NCBI GenBank assembly: GCA_963735595.1
Contig: CAVTLK010000002.1
Span: 256,001-320,000 of the forward strand
Source of the DNA: an uncultured delta proteobacterium
Lineage (GTDB): Bacteria; Desulfobacterota; Zymogenia; Zymogenales; Zymogenaceae
Length of the DNA: 64,000 nt
Reading direction: 5' to 3'
In this document: piece by piece, positions 8,671 to 19,284 of the stretch
Position numbering within the stretch: the first letter of the stretch is position 1
Layout of the letters: the number at the start of each line of letters is the position of its first letter
Translations under genes and position numbers: made by a program
Notes under the pieces: model-generated
Told to the model about the DNA's origin: nothing
Databases searched by the model: none
What the model saw: only the letters and a program-made list of their open reading frames with translations

Positions 8671-9213
8671 TTACGCGGCTACCATTCGCATATCCCGCTT
8701 GAGCGACTCCATGCGGACAAGGCCGCGCTCCCGCGTCTTTCTGACCCCGCCGTCCATCTTCTTCAATTCCCTGAGGAGCTGGGTGTCGCGCTGGTCGTGG
8801 CCGACGATCCACCGATGGAGGAGGTCGGCTTCGAGCGTAAGATGTTGCCTGAGGATATAAATGTATTGCGTGGCATAGCGGGAAAAGACCGCCCGCGCCC
8901 CCTGGTAGCCGAGGTCATAGGCCTCGATGACCTTGAGGAGAAACCGCTCGTGTTTTCTCAGGCTGGCGTGGATGTCTTCGCACTCCTGCGAGAGCGCTTC
9001 CACGTTGCGGCTTCCCAATAACGACAGGATGAATTCTTCCCGCATCATGTGGGATACGCCGATATAGATCTGGAGCAGCTCGATTATCTCCTTGAGCATA
9101 TAGGGCGGAACGTCCTTGTTTTGTTCCATCCGCCGGGCGGAATGATCGAGCATCTCAAGCAGGGACTCTATGATCCGTTCTTCTTTCTTTACGTATTCAA
9201 CCGATTTCATCAT
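8671..9213 (-). CDS. Hemerythrin-like (HHE) domain protein, partly degenerate
   Basis: HMMREE, DIH and RQHLTLE match the HxxxE hemerythrin pattern; GGAGGT RBS precedes the ATG at 9213. Confidence 0.7.
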   Translation of the reverse strand: MMKSVEYVKKEERIIESLLEMLDHSARRMEQNKDVPPYMLKEIIELLQIYIGVSHMMREEFILSLLGSRNVEALSQECEDIHASLRKHERFLLKVIEAYDLGYQGARAVFSRYATQYIYILRQHLTLEADLLHRWIVGHDQRDTQLLRELKKMDGGVRKTRERGLVRMESLKRDMRMVAA

Positions 9214-9461
9214 ACCCACCTCCACTATATCGTTTAGCCGTGGGTTTTTCGCCCGAGCATCATCAAAGAGAGCCATTTGTAATTAAAATGATCATGAAAA
9301 GCTCAATGTCAAGGTGTCATAGACCATTCTCTTTGATTATATTTATAAACGGTTCCCCGCCCTATTTGTGTGATGCGGATAACACACCAATCCCTTTCCT
9401 GCTACTTTAGATGACGGTTATCACGTTTTGTTCCGAATATAAACGATAAAAAAGATATTAC

Positions 9462-9477
9462 TGTGAGATTAGTCACA
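9462..9477. promoter_or_regulatory. CRP/FNR-family (HcpR/CRP-like) operator
   Basis: Perfect TGTGA-N6-TCACA; weaker copies at 9369-9384 and 9410-9425. Confidence 0.6.
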
Positions 9478-9657
9478 TTTTAGTGTATTAGGGAATATTC
9501 TTGTCTGACAACCGGGACGTTTTCTTGACCGGTTATCCGGGCCGGATTGTCTTGCATCGGCAGGCCAAATCCATTACAATGGCCTCGTTTTCGCCGGCTG
9601 ATCCGGCGGCGGCATAGGCCGCCGCCGAAGGGGCACCGCCGTTTTTTAGGAAGTAGC

Positions 9658-11574
<1,917 letters not shown>

Positions 11575-11778
11575 CCCTATTAGTTTATTAGGCTATTGGA
11601 CTGCGGGACGCAGCGGGGCCGGTGCGCCGCGGGCGGTTGTTGCACGTGAGGCACGGTGTTGCGGCCGCGCCGCCCGACCATGCGGACCCGGGCCTTTATT
11701 CATTCCTGATATTTTTCCCTTGAATTGTCGATAAAAATCCGCTATAAAGCAAAAACTGGGGAGTAATGCAGTATTATC

Positions 11779-11805
11779 GGTGCTATTGGTGCTATTGGTG
11801 CTATT
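11779..11805. repeat. 9-bp tandem repeat (GGTGCTATT)x3 in the 5' UTR
   Basis: Three exact copies immediately before the RBS of the gene at 11818. Confidence 0.7.
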
Positions 11806-11817
11806 GGGGGAGGGGAG

Positions 11818-12459
11818 ATGAGAATCACCTGTCCGTCATGTCATTACGAGACGACGATCAGCTCGGAGGTAATCCCCGCGGAGGGCAAGTCCGTTACCTG
11901 TCCCGAGTGTAAGGAGCGCTTCCACGTCGCACGGCCGAAGCAGCCCGTTTCGGCGCGGAAAAGGCTGATCCGGCGGCTCGTTGTTGCGGGGGTTGCTCTG
12001 GCGCTCGTCGCGGGGTCTTCGTTCACATACTATAAGATCACGACTTCCAAGAGCGAAGAAGATATCAAGAACGAGTTCCTGCAGGTCATCAAGAAGCACA
12101 TCGACAGCGACCGGGACAAGGAAGACTATACCCTCACCTATGAGACCGAAAAGACGCTCAAGAAAAACGCGGCGGGCGTCATGGTTGCCGGAAAGCCGGA
12201 CGGCTGGTGTAAGTATATCGAAAAGGATAACCTCCAGTACGAGTTTAACATTTTCAAGTCCGATTCGATCATTGCCCCCTATACGGGCACCTATTCCTAC
12301 AACATCGTGCGGTACGTCACGCCTCCGTGTCCGTCAAAGGAGGCGGCCTTCAAGTCCGACGATTACACCTACCTCAAGACGGTCAAACATGTCCTCAACT
12401 ACGAGTATCAAAGCGGCCATTGGATTCTTACGTCGGACGATTGGGAACAGACGAAGTAG
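11818..12459 (+). CDS. MJ0042-type zinc-ribbon protein with one TM helix
   Basis: MRITCPSC...IPAEGKSVTCPECKERF, then a TM helix and a soluble domain. Confidence 0.85.
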   Translation: MRITCPSCHYETTISSEVIPAEGKSVTCPECKERFHVARPKQPVSARKRLIRRLVVAGVALALVAGSSFTYYKITTSKSEEDIKNEFLQVIKKHIDSDRDKEDYTLTYETEKTLKKNAAGVMVAGKPDGWCKYIEKDNLQYEFNIFKSDSIIAPYTGTYSYNIVRYVTPPCPSKEAAFKSDDYTYLKTVKHVLNYEYQSGHWILTSDDWEQTK

Positions 12460-12534
12460 GGGAGTGTTAGAGGCCATCGGCGATTAGGGCTCGATATCTC
12501 GTGCCGCTCGCGAGTAATTGGGAGTCTCGTGATA

Positions 12535-12752
12535 GAACCCGTAGGGGCGGCTATTCCAAACACGGTCGCCTTTGGCGACTATTATAGGTTGTCATTGCGA
12601 GGGCCCGAAGGGCCCGTGGCAATCTCGCCGCCTGTTCTTTTTTACACGGGTTGCGGGTCGCTGATTGCCACGCCCCCTAAAGGGGGCTCGCAATGACAAT
12701 AATAATCGTCGCCAAAGGCGACGCTGTTAAGAATAGCGACCCCTACGGCTTC
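12535..12752. repeat. Nested palindromic element: GTAG arms around GTCGCC hairpins around a GTCATTGCGAG-type REP pair
   Basis: Outer arms 12535-12556/12731-12752 (19/22 complementary); gtcgcc-ttt-ggcgac and gtcgcc-aaa-ggcgac; gtcattgcgag...gtggcaatc paired with gattgccac...ctcgcaatgac. Confidence 0.85.
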
Positions 12753-12846
12753 AAAGACGTAACATCAACATAGCGGCGATGTTATCCCCCTCCAAACGCC
12801 CCCGGCCGCCAGTCACGATATCCGTTAACCGTCCCCATCTTTTTTC

Positions 12847-12900
12847 TTGACACCCGTTGTTTTCCGCCGTAAGATTGACAATGTAACAATGTCATCAATG
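12847..12900 (+). promoter_or_regulatory. sigma70 promoter with an adjacent palindromic operator
   Basis: TTGACA-17-TAAGAT (12847-12875), then TGACAATGT-A-ACAATGTCA (8/9 dyad) and CAATG x3. Confidence 0.65.
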
Positions 12901-12907
12901 GAGGGCC

Positions 12908-13300
12908 ATGATGGAAAAGCAGGGAATCCCCGGCACCGAGGTTGCAAAGATGCTGGGCGTCAACTACCGCAGCCTCATGCGGCTGCAGGAGCAGCGGCTC
13001 ATCGACGTGGGCGGGGGCGGGCAGCACGGCAAGTCCACCTTCTGGACGCCGAAGAACATCCAGGAGGCCTCCGTGATCTTCAACCTGCGGGCGGCGCGGG
13101 TGAGCCTGCAGAAGATCCGGGAGACGATGGATTGGCTGCGCGACCAGGGGCACAACCCCTTTTCGACGGGCGAGTTCGTGGTCATTACGGGCAAGGGCGG
13201 CCAACCCAGGGATATCATCAAGTTCGTGGATAAAGATACGGCCTTTTCGATCATGGGGAGCACCAAGGGGCAGCTGGTGTTCCCGATCTGGCGGCCGTGA
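12908..13300 (+). CDS. MerR-like helix-turn-helix DNA-binding protein
   Basis: EVAKMLGVNYRSLMRLQEQRLI...LRAARVSLQKIRE. Confidence 0.75.
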   Translation: MMEKQGIPGTEVAKMLGVNYRSLMRLQEQRLIDVGGGGQHGKSTFWTPKNIQEASVIFNLRAARVSLQKIRETMDWLRDQGHNPFSTGEFVVITGKGGQPRDIIKFVDKDTAFSIMGSTKGQLVFPIWRP

Positions 13301-13418
13301 GGAAAAGACGGGGGGGAACCGGGGGCGGGCGGTACGCGATTGAGGCCGTGTCTGCCGCGGATGCCCGCAAGGCCGGAACGCACTCTTTTTATCCACCGTT
13401 TCGAGAGAGGTGTCGGTC

Positions 13419-13628
13419 ATGACACAAAACATGATCCTTATTATGGAATGTCCGGATTGTATCGAGAAAACCGGGTTTAGCACGGAAAAACCCAAACGAG
13501 GAGACGCATTCTTTTGCCCCAACTGCGGGGAGATGTTCGTTGTAAGGGCAAAATGGCTCAACGAGCTCAACGGCATCATGGAGGAAATCCACGACTCGAT
13601 CGACCGGTTCGTGGTAGGGCAGGAATAG
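13419..13628 (+). CDS. Small zinc-ribbon protein
   Basis: CPDC...CPNCG; GAGG RBS. Confidence 0.65.
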   Translation: MTQNMILIMECPDCIEKTGFSTEKPKRGDAFFCPNCGEMFVVRAKWLNELNGIMEEIHDSIDRFVVGQE

Positions 13629-13775
13629 CGTGCGGCGGCCTCGTATAACCCGCGGTGTTACCGGCTATTCGGCAGCGAGACACGGGCCTGTTTGAACGAC
13701 CGTACCGGCCCCGGATTCTCGCTGCGTTTACGGTCCCCTTGATTCCGTATCATTAATCAGAGGAGCGTCAACACC

Positions 13776-15176
13776 ATGTTTTCACGCGAATGGTTCTTTT
13801 ACGTGTTCGGCAGATGGGTAGTCATATCGGGGATCGCCGGGGCGATCGTCCAGTATTTCTTTTCCGACCTGCTGGGGATACACACCATCCCGGCTTTTCT
13901 CTTAAACCAGTTCTGCCTTGCCTGCGTCTTCTGGTACGTGGATAAGCTCATCTTCAAGCGGCACTTCAAAAAGGGGCTGCTGGACTTCTTCCGCTTCCCG
14001 AGGATAAAGACCGCCTACGGGCTTACCGAGCAGTTCGACAAGGTGAATCAGGAATTTTTGGGCCTCAGGGCGAAGATCAAGGGAAACGAGGAGCGGCCGG
14101 AACAGTGGCTCAACGAGTTCGTCGACTTCGAGCACTCGGTCGAGATGATGGAGAGACTCCTGCGCGAGCGCAACATCGACGTGGACCGGGAGTACGAGAA
14201 GGTCAGGATCGAGAACCTCCAGAGGGGATACTATATCGCCGAGGCCGCCAAAACGGACAGGAAACGGCCCGAATCGGCCTTTCTCGATACCCTGCGCGGG
14301 GAGGTGCTGCTTTCCGACGGCGCAATGGGGACCTATTTACGGACCAAGGTCCGCGGAAGTGTTGATTGCCCCGAATCCCTCAACCTCACCAATCCCGACA
14401 CGGTCAGGAAGGTTCACACCGAGTATATCCAGGCCGGGGCGCGGATAATCGAGACCAATACCTTTGCGGCAAACCGCTTTCAGCTGACCAGGCACGGGAT
14501 GGCCAAAAAGGTATGGGAGATAAACCTGGCCGGCGCCCGGATCGCCCGGGAGGCCGCCGGGCAGGCCGCGTCGACCGCGTCTCAGGTCTTCGTGGCGGGC
14601 GCGGTAGGCGGCCTGGGGGAAAAGATCAGCCCCTACGGCAAACTCTCGCTCGTCGAGGCGCACGCCGCGTTCCACGAGCAGATCCAGGCGCTGGTCGACG
14701 GCGGCGTCGACCTCATCATGCTGGAGACCATGGCGAGCTTTTTGGAGGCAAAGGAGGCGGTGCTCGTCTGCAAGGAGACGACCGATATACCGATCGTCTG
14801 CCAGCTGACGTTCACCGAGCAGGGCACAACGGTGTATGGGGATAAGCTTGCCGGGGCGTTCGAAGAGCTCGTAAAGCTCGGGGCAGACGTGGTCGGGCTG
14901 AACTGCGTGCTCGGCCCGCACAAGATGATCGAGCTGCTGGGTTCGCTGCCGCCTTCGTTTACCGGGATGATATCGGTGCAGCCCAACGCCGGGACCCCGC
15001 GGTACAAGGACGGCTCCCGCGAAACCTCGCAGAGCCCGGACTACTTCAAACGAAGCGCCAAGCAGCTGAAGGAGCTGGGAGTCAATATCATCGGGGGGTG
15101 CTGCGGGACGACCCCGGAGCATATCAGGAAGATGGCCGAAGTGGTGAAGGGAGAGCCGGGGAAGAGGAAGGGATAA
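13776..15176 (+). CDS. Homocysteine S-methyltransferase-family protein with an N-terminal 2-TM segment and an all-alpha (MazG-like) module
   Basis: DGAMGT, YIQAGARIIETNTF, GVDLIMLETM, GLNC, QPNAGTP, IIGGCCGTTPEHI; about 165 extra N-terminal residues. Confidence 0.88.
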   Translation: MFSREWFFYVFGRWVVISGIAGAIVQYFFSDLLGIHTIPAFLLNQFCLACVFWYVDKLIFKRHFKKGLLDFFRFPRIKTAYGLTEQFDKVNQEFLGLRAKIKGNEERPEQWLNEFVDFEHSVEMMERLLRERNIDVDREYEKVRIENLQRGYYIAEAAKTDRKRPESAFLDTLRGEVLLSDGAMGTYLRTKVRGSVDCPESLNLTNPDTVRKVHTEYIQAGARIIETNTFAANRFQLTRHGMAKKVWEINLAGARIAREAAGQAASTASQVFVAGAVGGLGEKISPYGKLSLVEAHAAFHEQIQALVDGGVDLIMLETMASFLEAKEAVLVCKETTDIPIVCQLTFTEQGTTVYGDKLAGAFEELVKLGADVVGLNCVLGPHKMIELLGSLPPSFTGMISVQPNAGTPRYKDGSRETSQSPDYFKRSAKQLKELGVNIIGGCCGTTPEHIRKMAEVVKGEPGKRKG

Positions 15177-15262
15177 GAGAGCTCCGAGGAGTGGGGTGTC
15201 GAGGAACACCGTACTCTAAGAGACTGGTATAGTTCATAGTATTTAATGGTGGTTAGATTCAA

Positions 15263-16090
15263 ATGGAAGATGATGGTCTCATTATAGAAGAAGTAGGGCC
15301 GTGGTCTACCGAGAAGTACAGCCTAATAGGAAATTACGCTGCAATATTTGCTACTGGGATGAAAAGAAAGTGGGATTGTCGAGTATATCTTGATCTGTTT
15401 TCTGGACCGGGCCTGGCAAGAAATCGTGATACTTCAAAGCTAGTAGCGGCCTCACCTCTCCGAGCACTAGGTATAAGAGACAAGTTTGATCGATACATAT
15501 TTTGTGAATCAAACGTAGAAAAGATGGATGCTCTGGGAAGGAGGGTCGAGAGATTATTCCCTGAAATTGACGTACGATATATCCCCGGAGACGTTAATAG
15601 CTGTGTCGAGAAAATAGTAGTCTCGGTGCCAAAAGGTTCGAGCGACTATAAAGTACTCACATTTTGTTTAGTAGATCCTTATAGTCTGGAAAACCTCGCT
15701 TTTGACACGATAAAACAGATTTCAAACTTATACGTTGACTTTCTGGTACTGATACCGTCATATATGGATGCCAATAGGAATGTTGAAACCTATTTATCAA
15801 GTGGGAATGCTATTGTTGATCGTTTCCTAGGGATCTCATCTTGGCGCAACGATTGGAAAGAAATCGACCAGAGGAGATGGACTTTCGGTTTCTTCATCTT
15901 GAACCAGTTCGCCTCTAGCATGGAAGTTCTAGGTTTTAAGATGTGTGACAAGGAAGATATACATCTTGCTCGAAATAAACGTAATGCGCCCCTTTATCAT
16001 CTAGCTTTCTTTTGCCGTCATGAACGGGGGCTTGATTTCTTTAAGAAAGCCAAGAAAGCGAGTTCTTCTCAACATACCTTTTCATTTTAG
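15263..16090 (+). CDS. tcmP: Three-Cys-motif partner protein TcmP (Rossmann methyltransferase-like)
   Basis: VGPWSTEKY, YLDLFSGPG, SPLRAL, CLVDPY, LYHLAF; directly upstream of a DUF5131 gene. Confidence 0.85.
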   Translation: MEDDGLIIEEVGPWSTEKYSLIGNYAAIFATGMKRKWDCRVYLDLFSGPGLARNRDTSKLVAASPLRALGIRDKFDRYIFCESNVEKMDALGRRVERLFPEIDVRYIPGDVNSCVEKIVVSVPKGSSDYKVLTFCLVDPYSLENLAFDTIKQISNLYVDFLVLIPSYMDANRNVETYLSSGNAIVDRFLGISSWRNDWKEIDQRRWTFGFFILNQFASSMEVLGFKMCDKEDIHLARNKRNAPLYHLAFFCRHERGLDFFKKAKKASSSQHTFSF

Positions 16091-16113
16091 ATATAGGTAA
16101 TAAGGTCGGTAAG

Positions 16114-16851
16114 ATGGCACAAATTTCTAAAATAGAATGGACCGATTCCACGTGGAATCCGCTAACTGGTTGCACAAAGATTAGCATAGGCTGTAAGAAC
16201 TGTTACGCAGAAAGACTCTCTATACGCCTCCAGGCGATTGGGAATCCGAGCTACGCTAATGGATTTAGATTAACATTGCACGAGGATTTACTCGAAGCAC
16301 CACTTAAGTGGAGGAAACCAAGAAATATTTTCGTTAATTCGATGAGCGACTTGTTCCATGAGGCCGTACCGGAAGAATTCATATTAGAAGTCTTTAGAGT
16401 GATGAAGGAATCCTTTTGGCATAGGTTTCAACTACTCACAAAGAGATCCGAGAGATTGGTAGTAATGGGAAATGAAATAGAATGGCCCCCGAATGTGTGG
16501 ATGGGTGTTACTGTGGAAAGCCCAGAGTATAAATTCCGTATAGATGATCTCCGAAAGACGCAAGCTAAGATTAAGTTCATTTCTTTCGAACCTCTCTTAG
16601 ATGCAATCTCAAATCTGGAACTAGATGGGATTAGTTGGGCGATAGTAGGCGGTGAGTCTGGACCAGGGGCAAGGGGAATGAAGCCTGAATGGGTTACAGA
16701 AATCAGAGATGTGTGCGCACGTGACAGAGTACCTTTCTTTTTCAAGCAATGGGGTGGTGTCAATAAGAAGAAGAATGGTAGGTCCCTTGAAGGTAGGACT
16801 TGGGATGAGATGCCCCCTACTAACTCTATCCTTTCCGATAATCCGCAGTGA
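16114..16851 (+). CDS. DUF5131 / phage Gp37-Gp68 family protein (radical-SAM-like Cx6Cx2C)
   Basis: SKIEWTDSTWNPLTGCTKISIGCKNCYAE, IFVNSMSDLFHE, QLLTKR, SFEPLL, IVGGESG, FFKQWGG, GRTWDEMP. Confidence 0.93.
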   Translation: MAQISKIEWTDSTWNPLTGCTKISIGCKNCYAERLSIRLQAIGNPSYANGFRLTLHEDLLEAPLKWRKPRNIFVNSMSDLFHEAVPEEFILEVFRVMKESFWHRFQLLTKRSERLVVMGNEIEWPPNVWMGVTVESPEYKFRIDDLRKTQAKIKFISFEPLLDAISNLELDGISWAIVGGESGPGARGMKPEWVTEIRDVCARDRVPFFFKQWGGVNKKKNGRSLEGRTWDEMPPTNSILSDNPQ

Positions 16852-16896
16852 TAGGGTTTGTAGGTGCGCAGTGCTCTCCCCCGGCGCGGGCAACCT

Positions 16897-17044
16897 GGTT
16901 GCCGCGCCGCCATTCGGCGGCTCGCAATGACAATAATAATCGTCGCCAGGGGCGACATTATTACACGTTGCCCGTGGCACCCCTCCCGCTTCCGCCCGTC
17001 TTCACCGTCATCCAAGAGGGAGCGACGGCGACCGCGGCAATCCC
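16897..17044. repeat. Partial/degenerate copies of the GTCATTGCGAG-type REP element
   Basis: 16919-16948 is identical to 12685-12714 (30 bp); a degenerate left half gtcatccaagagggagcgacggcgaccgcggcaatccc lies at 17007-17044. Confidence 0.75.
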
Positions 17045-17081
17045 CCGATATTCATTATCTTCCACCCAATCAAACTGCACG

Positions 17082-17115
17082 ACAAAGGGCGACCATCCGG
17101 TCGCCCTTTGTTTTT
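17082..17115. terminator. Hairpin terminator between convergent units
   Basis: ACAAAGGGCGACC-ATCC-GGTCGCCCTTTGT followed by TTTT. Confidence 0.7.
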
Positions 17116-17141
17116 CGCACTACTCTGTCTGATGAACCTGC

Positions 17142-19064
17142 CTACACTGTCGGGTACAGCGTCCGCATCCTTGCCTTCATTGCCGGGCTCAATTGTTTGA
17201 AAAGCTCTGCATTGTACGAATAGATATTCGTGTCGATCCCCTCGTTGGTTATAGCGATAGACGGATCGACAACATTCGGATAGCCCGCGACAGTTGGATC
17301 TGAACCTTTGAAATTAGGATTCAGGGGGTTCATAGCTATCTGCTGCGCCGCAACGGCGTATTTGCGAGAGGTCCAGGCGGGAGTGCCCTCGCGGACTGCC
17401 GGATCGACGTTTGTGGTAACGATTGAAACGGTATAGTCGCTGTTGAGGTTGATCTCAAACGTTCGCAGCTGCTGCGGGAAATCATGCAGCGATGACGTTT
17501 CAACGTGCCAGAAGCCCCGCTCGGGCCTGGCGGCATCGTCCGTTACAAACGCCTTAACGGTATTGACATGGCGGTGGCCCGCGATCCACATGAGGAGATT
17601 CGGATGGTTGTGCAGCTCGGCAAGCAGGCCCTTCAGGTCGACGGCATTCTGCATACCGGAAGGATTGGCGGAATTATCGAACCAATCCATGTAGTTATCA
17701 CGTCCGGAAAGAGCGGCGGGAGGCATGACGCCTATCGGGACGTGGCAGGCGATGATCATGAGCTGATCGGCGGCGTCACCGGCGGCAAGCTCATTCTTGA
17801 GCCAGGCCCAGCGTGCCTGGTCCAGAAAGCCGCGTCCATGGATGCTCGCAACGCCGTCGTCGTCCCTCTGGGTATCGTCCAGGACAATAACCTTGATCGG
17901 TATATTTGATTTCGGCACGAAGCTATAGCAGAGAAAATCATCGTCCTGGTCAGCGGGGACCAGGCCAAAGCCGTGCCCTGCCGGACCCTTCGACGTGTTG
18001 AAAAACTCCTGCCTCCATTCTGCCTTGGAAAGCGACCGCCGGTCCTTGTCGGGGACGACCTTGGGCGGACTGGTGAAGCCGGGGGCGCCGACCATGCCGG
18101 CTTTTATAATCTTTCCGGTCGGGGTGGAGCCGTCAATGACGCCCATATAGTAGAGGGGAGGCTTTTTGCTGTATATGTTGGAGGCTTCGGCCAGGAGATC
18201 TCCCATGGCGATGACTTCGTCGCTGGTGGAGGACTTTTTAAGGCCGCCGGCCTCCACCGGGATTGAACCCAGCCAGAAATGGTCGTGGTTGCCGACGGCC
18301 TGATACCAGGGGATCGACGGATCGAGCCCGGCAGCCTTATAGGGTTTCTGATAGTCTATAGTGTCGGCCCCCACACGGGCTCCGGAACAGGGGGTAATGA
18401 CGTTGCCGTCAAGGACATCGATATACCACCGCAGCTCGTTGTACTGGGTGCTGTTGCAGGCGTCCCCCAGTGAAATACCGAAATCGATCGGGTCAATTTT
18501 GTGAAGGGCGTTTACCGTCTGGATTGCCGAATCGAGCACATGGGTTGTGTAGAGCATGGTCGGCGAATATACCGAAGTGACGGTCGCCTCAAAACCGTAT
18601 TTGTTCAATTGCTGCATATAGATAAGCTGGGAGGGGGATTCCTTGTCAGTGATATGGATATCGCTTATGGTAAAGAACTTCAAAAACTTCACGGGTTTAT
18701 TGGCCGAAGGAAAAGTATAACCGGCCGCCATGATGTCTTTGCGCGGTACAGAAGCAAGCGGGCCGCCGTCCTCCCATACGCCATAGCCTTTCAGGTCAAA
18801 TTCTAAAATATTCTGAAGATCTTTAGGAGCAATCGTCCCCGAAAATTTCTGAGTGAGCTTAACCGTTTTCTGGAGGGTCGTATAGACGGCTGAGTCAATC
18901 GGGTAGCCGGAGACCAGCGTATCTCCGCCGCTGCCGTATGCAACACTGAACGTGCCTAAGGAGATAAATACGGCTGTTCCGGCTGAATACTTGATGAATT
19001 CCCGCCGCGTTACAATGCTGCTGATTTCTGCATTGCGGCTCTTTGCTGGATCGTCTTTAGACAT
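17142..19064 (-). CDS. Tat-exported metallophosphoesterase (TIGR03768-like)
   Basis: TRREFIK twin-arginine signal; SDIHITDKESP, LGDACNSTQYNELRW, GNHDH, WIAGHRH, VETSSL..FPQQ. Confidence 0.88.
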   Translation of the reverse strand: MSKDDPAKSRNAEISSIVTRREFIKYSAGTAVFISLGTFSVAYGSGGDTLVSGYPIDSAVYTTLQKTVKLTQKFSGTIAPKDLQNILEFDLKGYGVWEDGGPLASVPRKDIMAAGYTFPSANKPVKFLKFFTISDIHITDKESPSQLIYMQQLNKYGFEATVTSVYSPTMLYTTHVLDSAIQTVNALHKIDPIDFGISLGDACNSTQYNELRWYIDVLDGNVITPCSGARVGADTIDYQKPYKAAGLDPSIPWYQAVGNHDHFWLGSIPVEAGGLKKSSTSDEVIAMGDLLAEASNIYSKKPPLYYMGVIDGSTPTGKIIKAGMVGAPGFTSPPKVVPDKDRRSLSKAEWRQEFFNTSKGPAGHGFGLVPADQDDDFLCYSFVPKSNIPIKVIVLDDTQRDDDGVASIHGRGFLDQARWAWLKNELAAGDAADQLMIIACHVPIGVMPPAALSGRDNYMDWFDNSANPSGMQNAVDLKGLLAELHNHPNLLMWIAGHRHVNTVKAFVTDDAARPERGFWHVETSSLHDFPQQLRTFEINLNSDYTVSIVTTNVDPAVREGTPAWTSRKYAVAAQQIAMNPLNPNFKGSDPTVAGYPNVVDPSIAITNEGIDTNIYSYNAELFKQLSPAMKARMRTLYPTV

Positions 19065-19284
19065 ATTCTTCTCCTCTTGTTTTGACTTCCAAAGCAAATC
19101 ATTGCCAGATACGAAAACCGTGCAGTAATGCTTTCCTGATACCCTAATAATACCATGAAAAAAGGGATATTTCTTTTCTGCAAATTAAAATATGTATAAA
19201 TTTATTTTAATGTAATTTGACACGGTTGGAGGGATCTCGCCAGGGTTTGACACTTCTCCGATTATATATAGAACCATCTCCGAT

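Noticed and set aside
11575..11700. GC-rich stretch after selB as a possible tRNA-Sec
   Set aside because: No UCA anticodon arm, T-loop or CCA end found
13419..13628. LysW amino-group carrier protein
   Set aside because: Lacks the C-terminal EDWGE motif, and no lysX/argX genes are adjacent
16114..16851. Prophage implied by the phage Gp37/Gp68 family name
   Set aside because: No structural, terminase or integrase genes in the window
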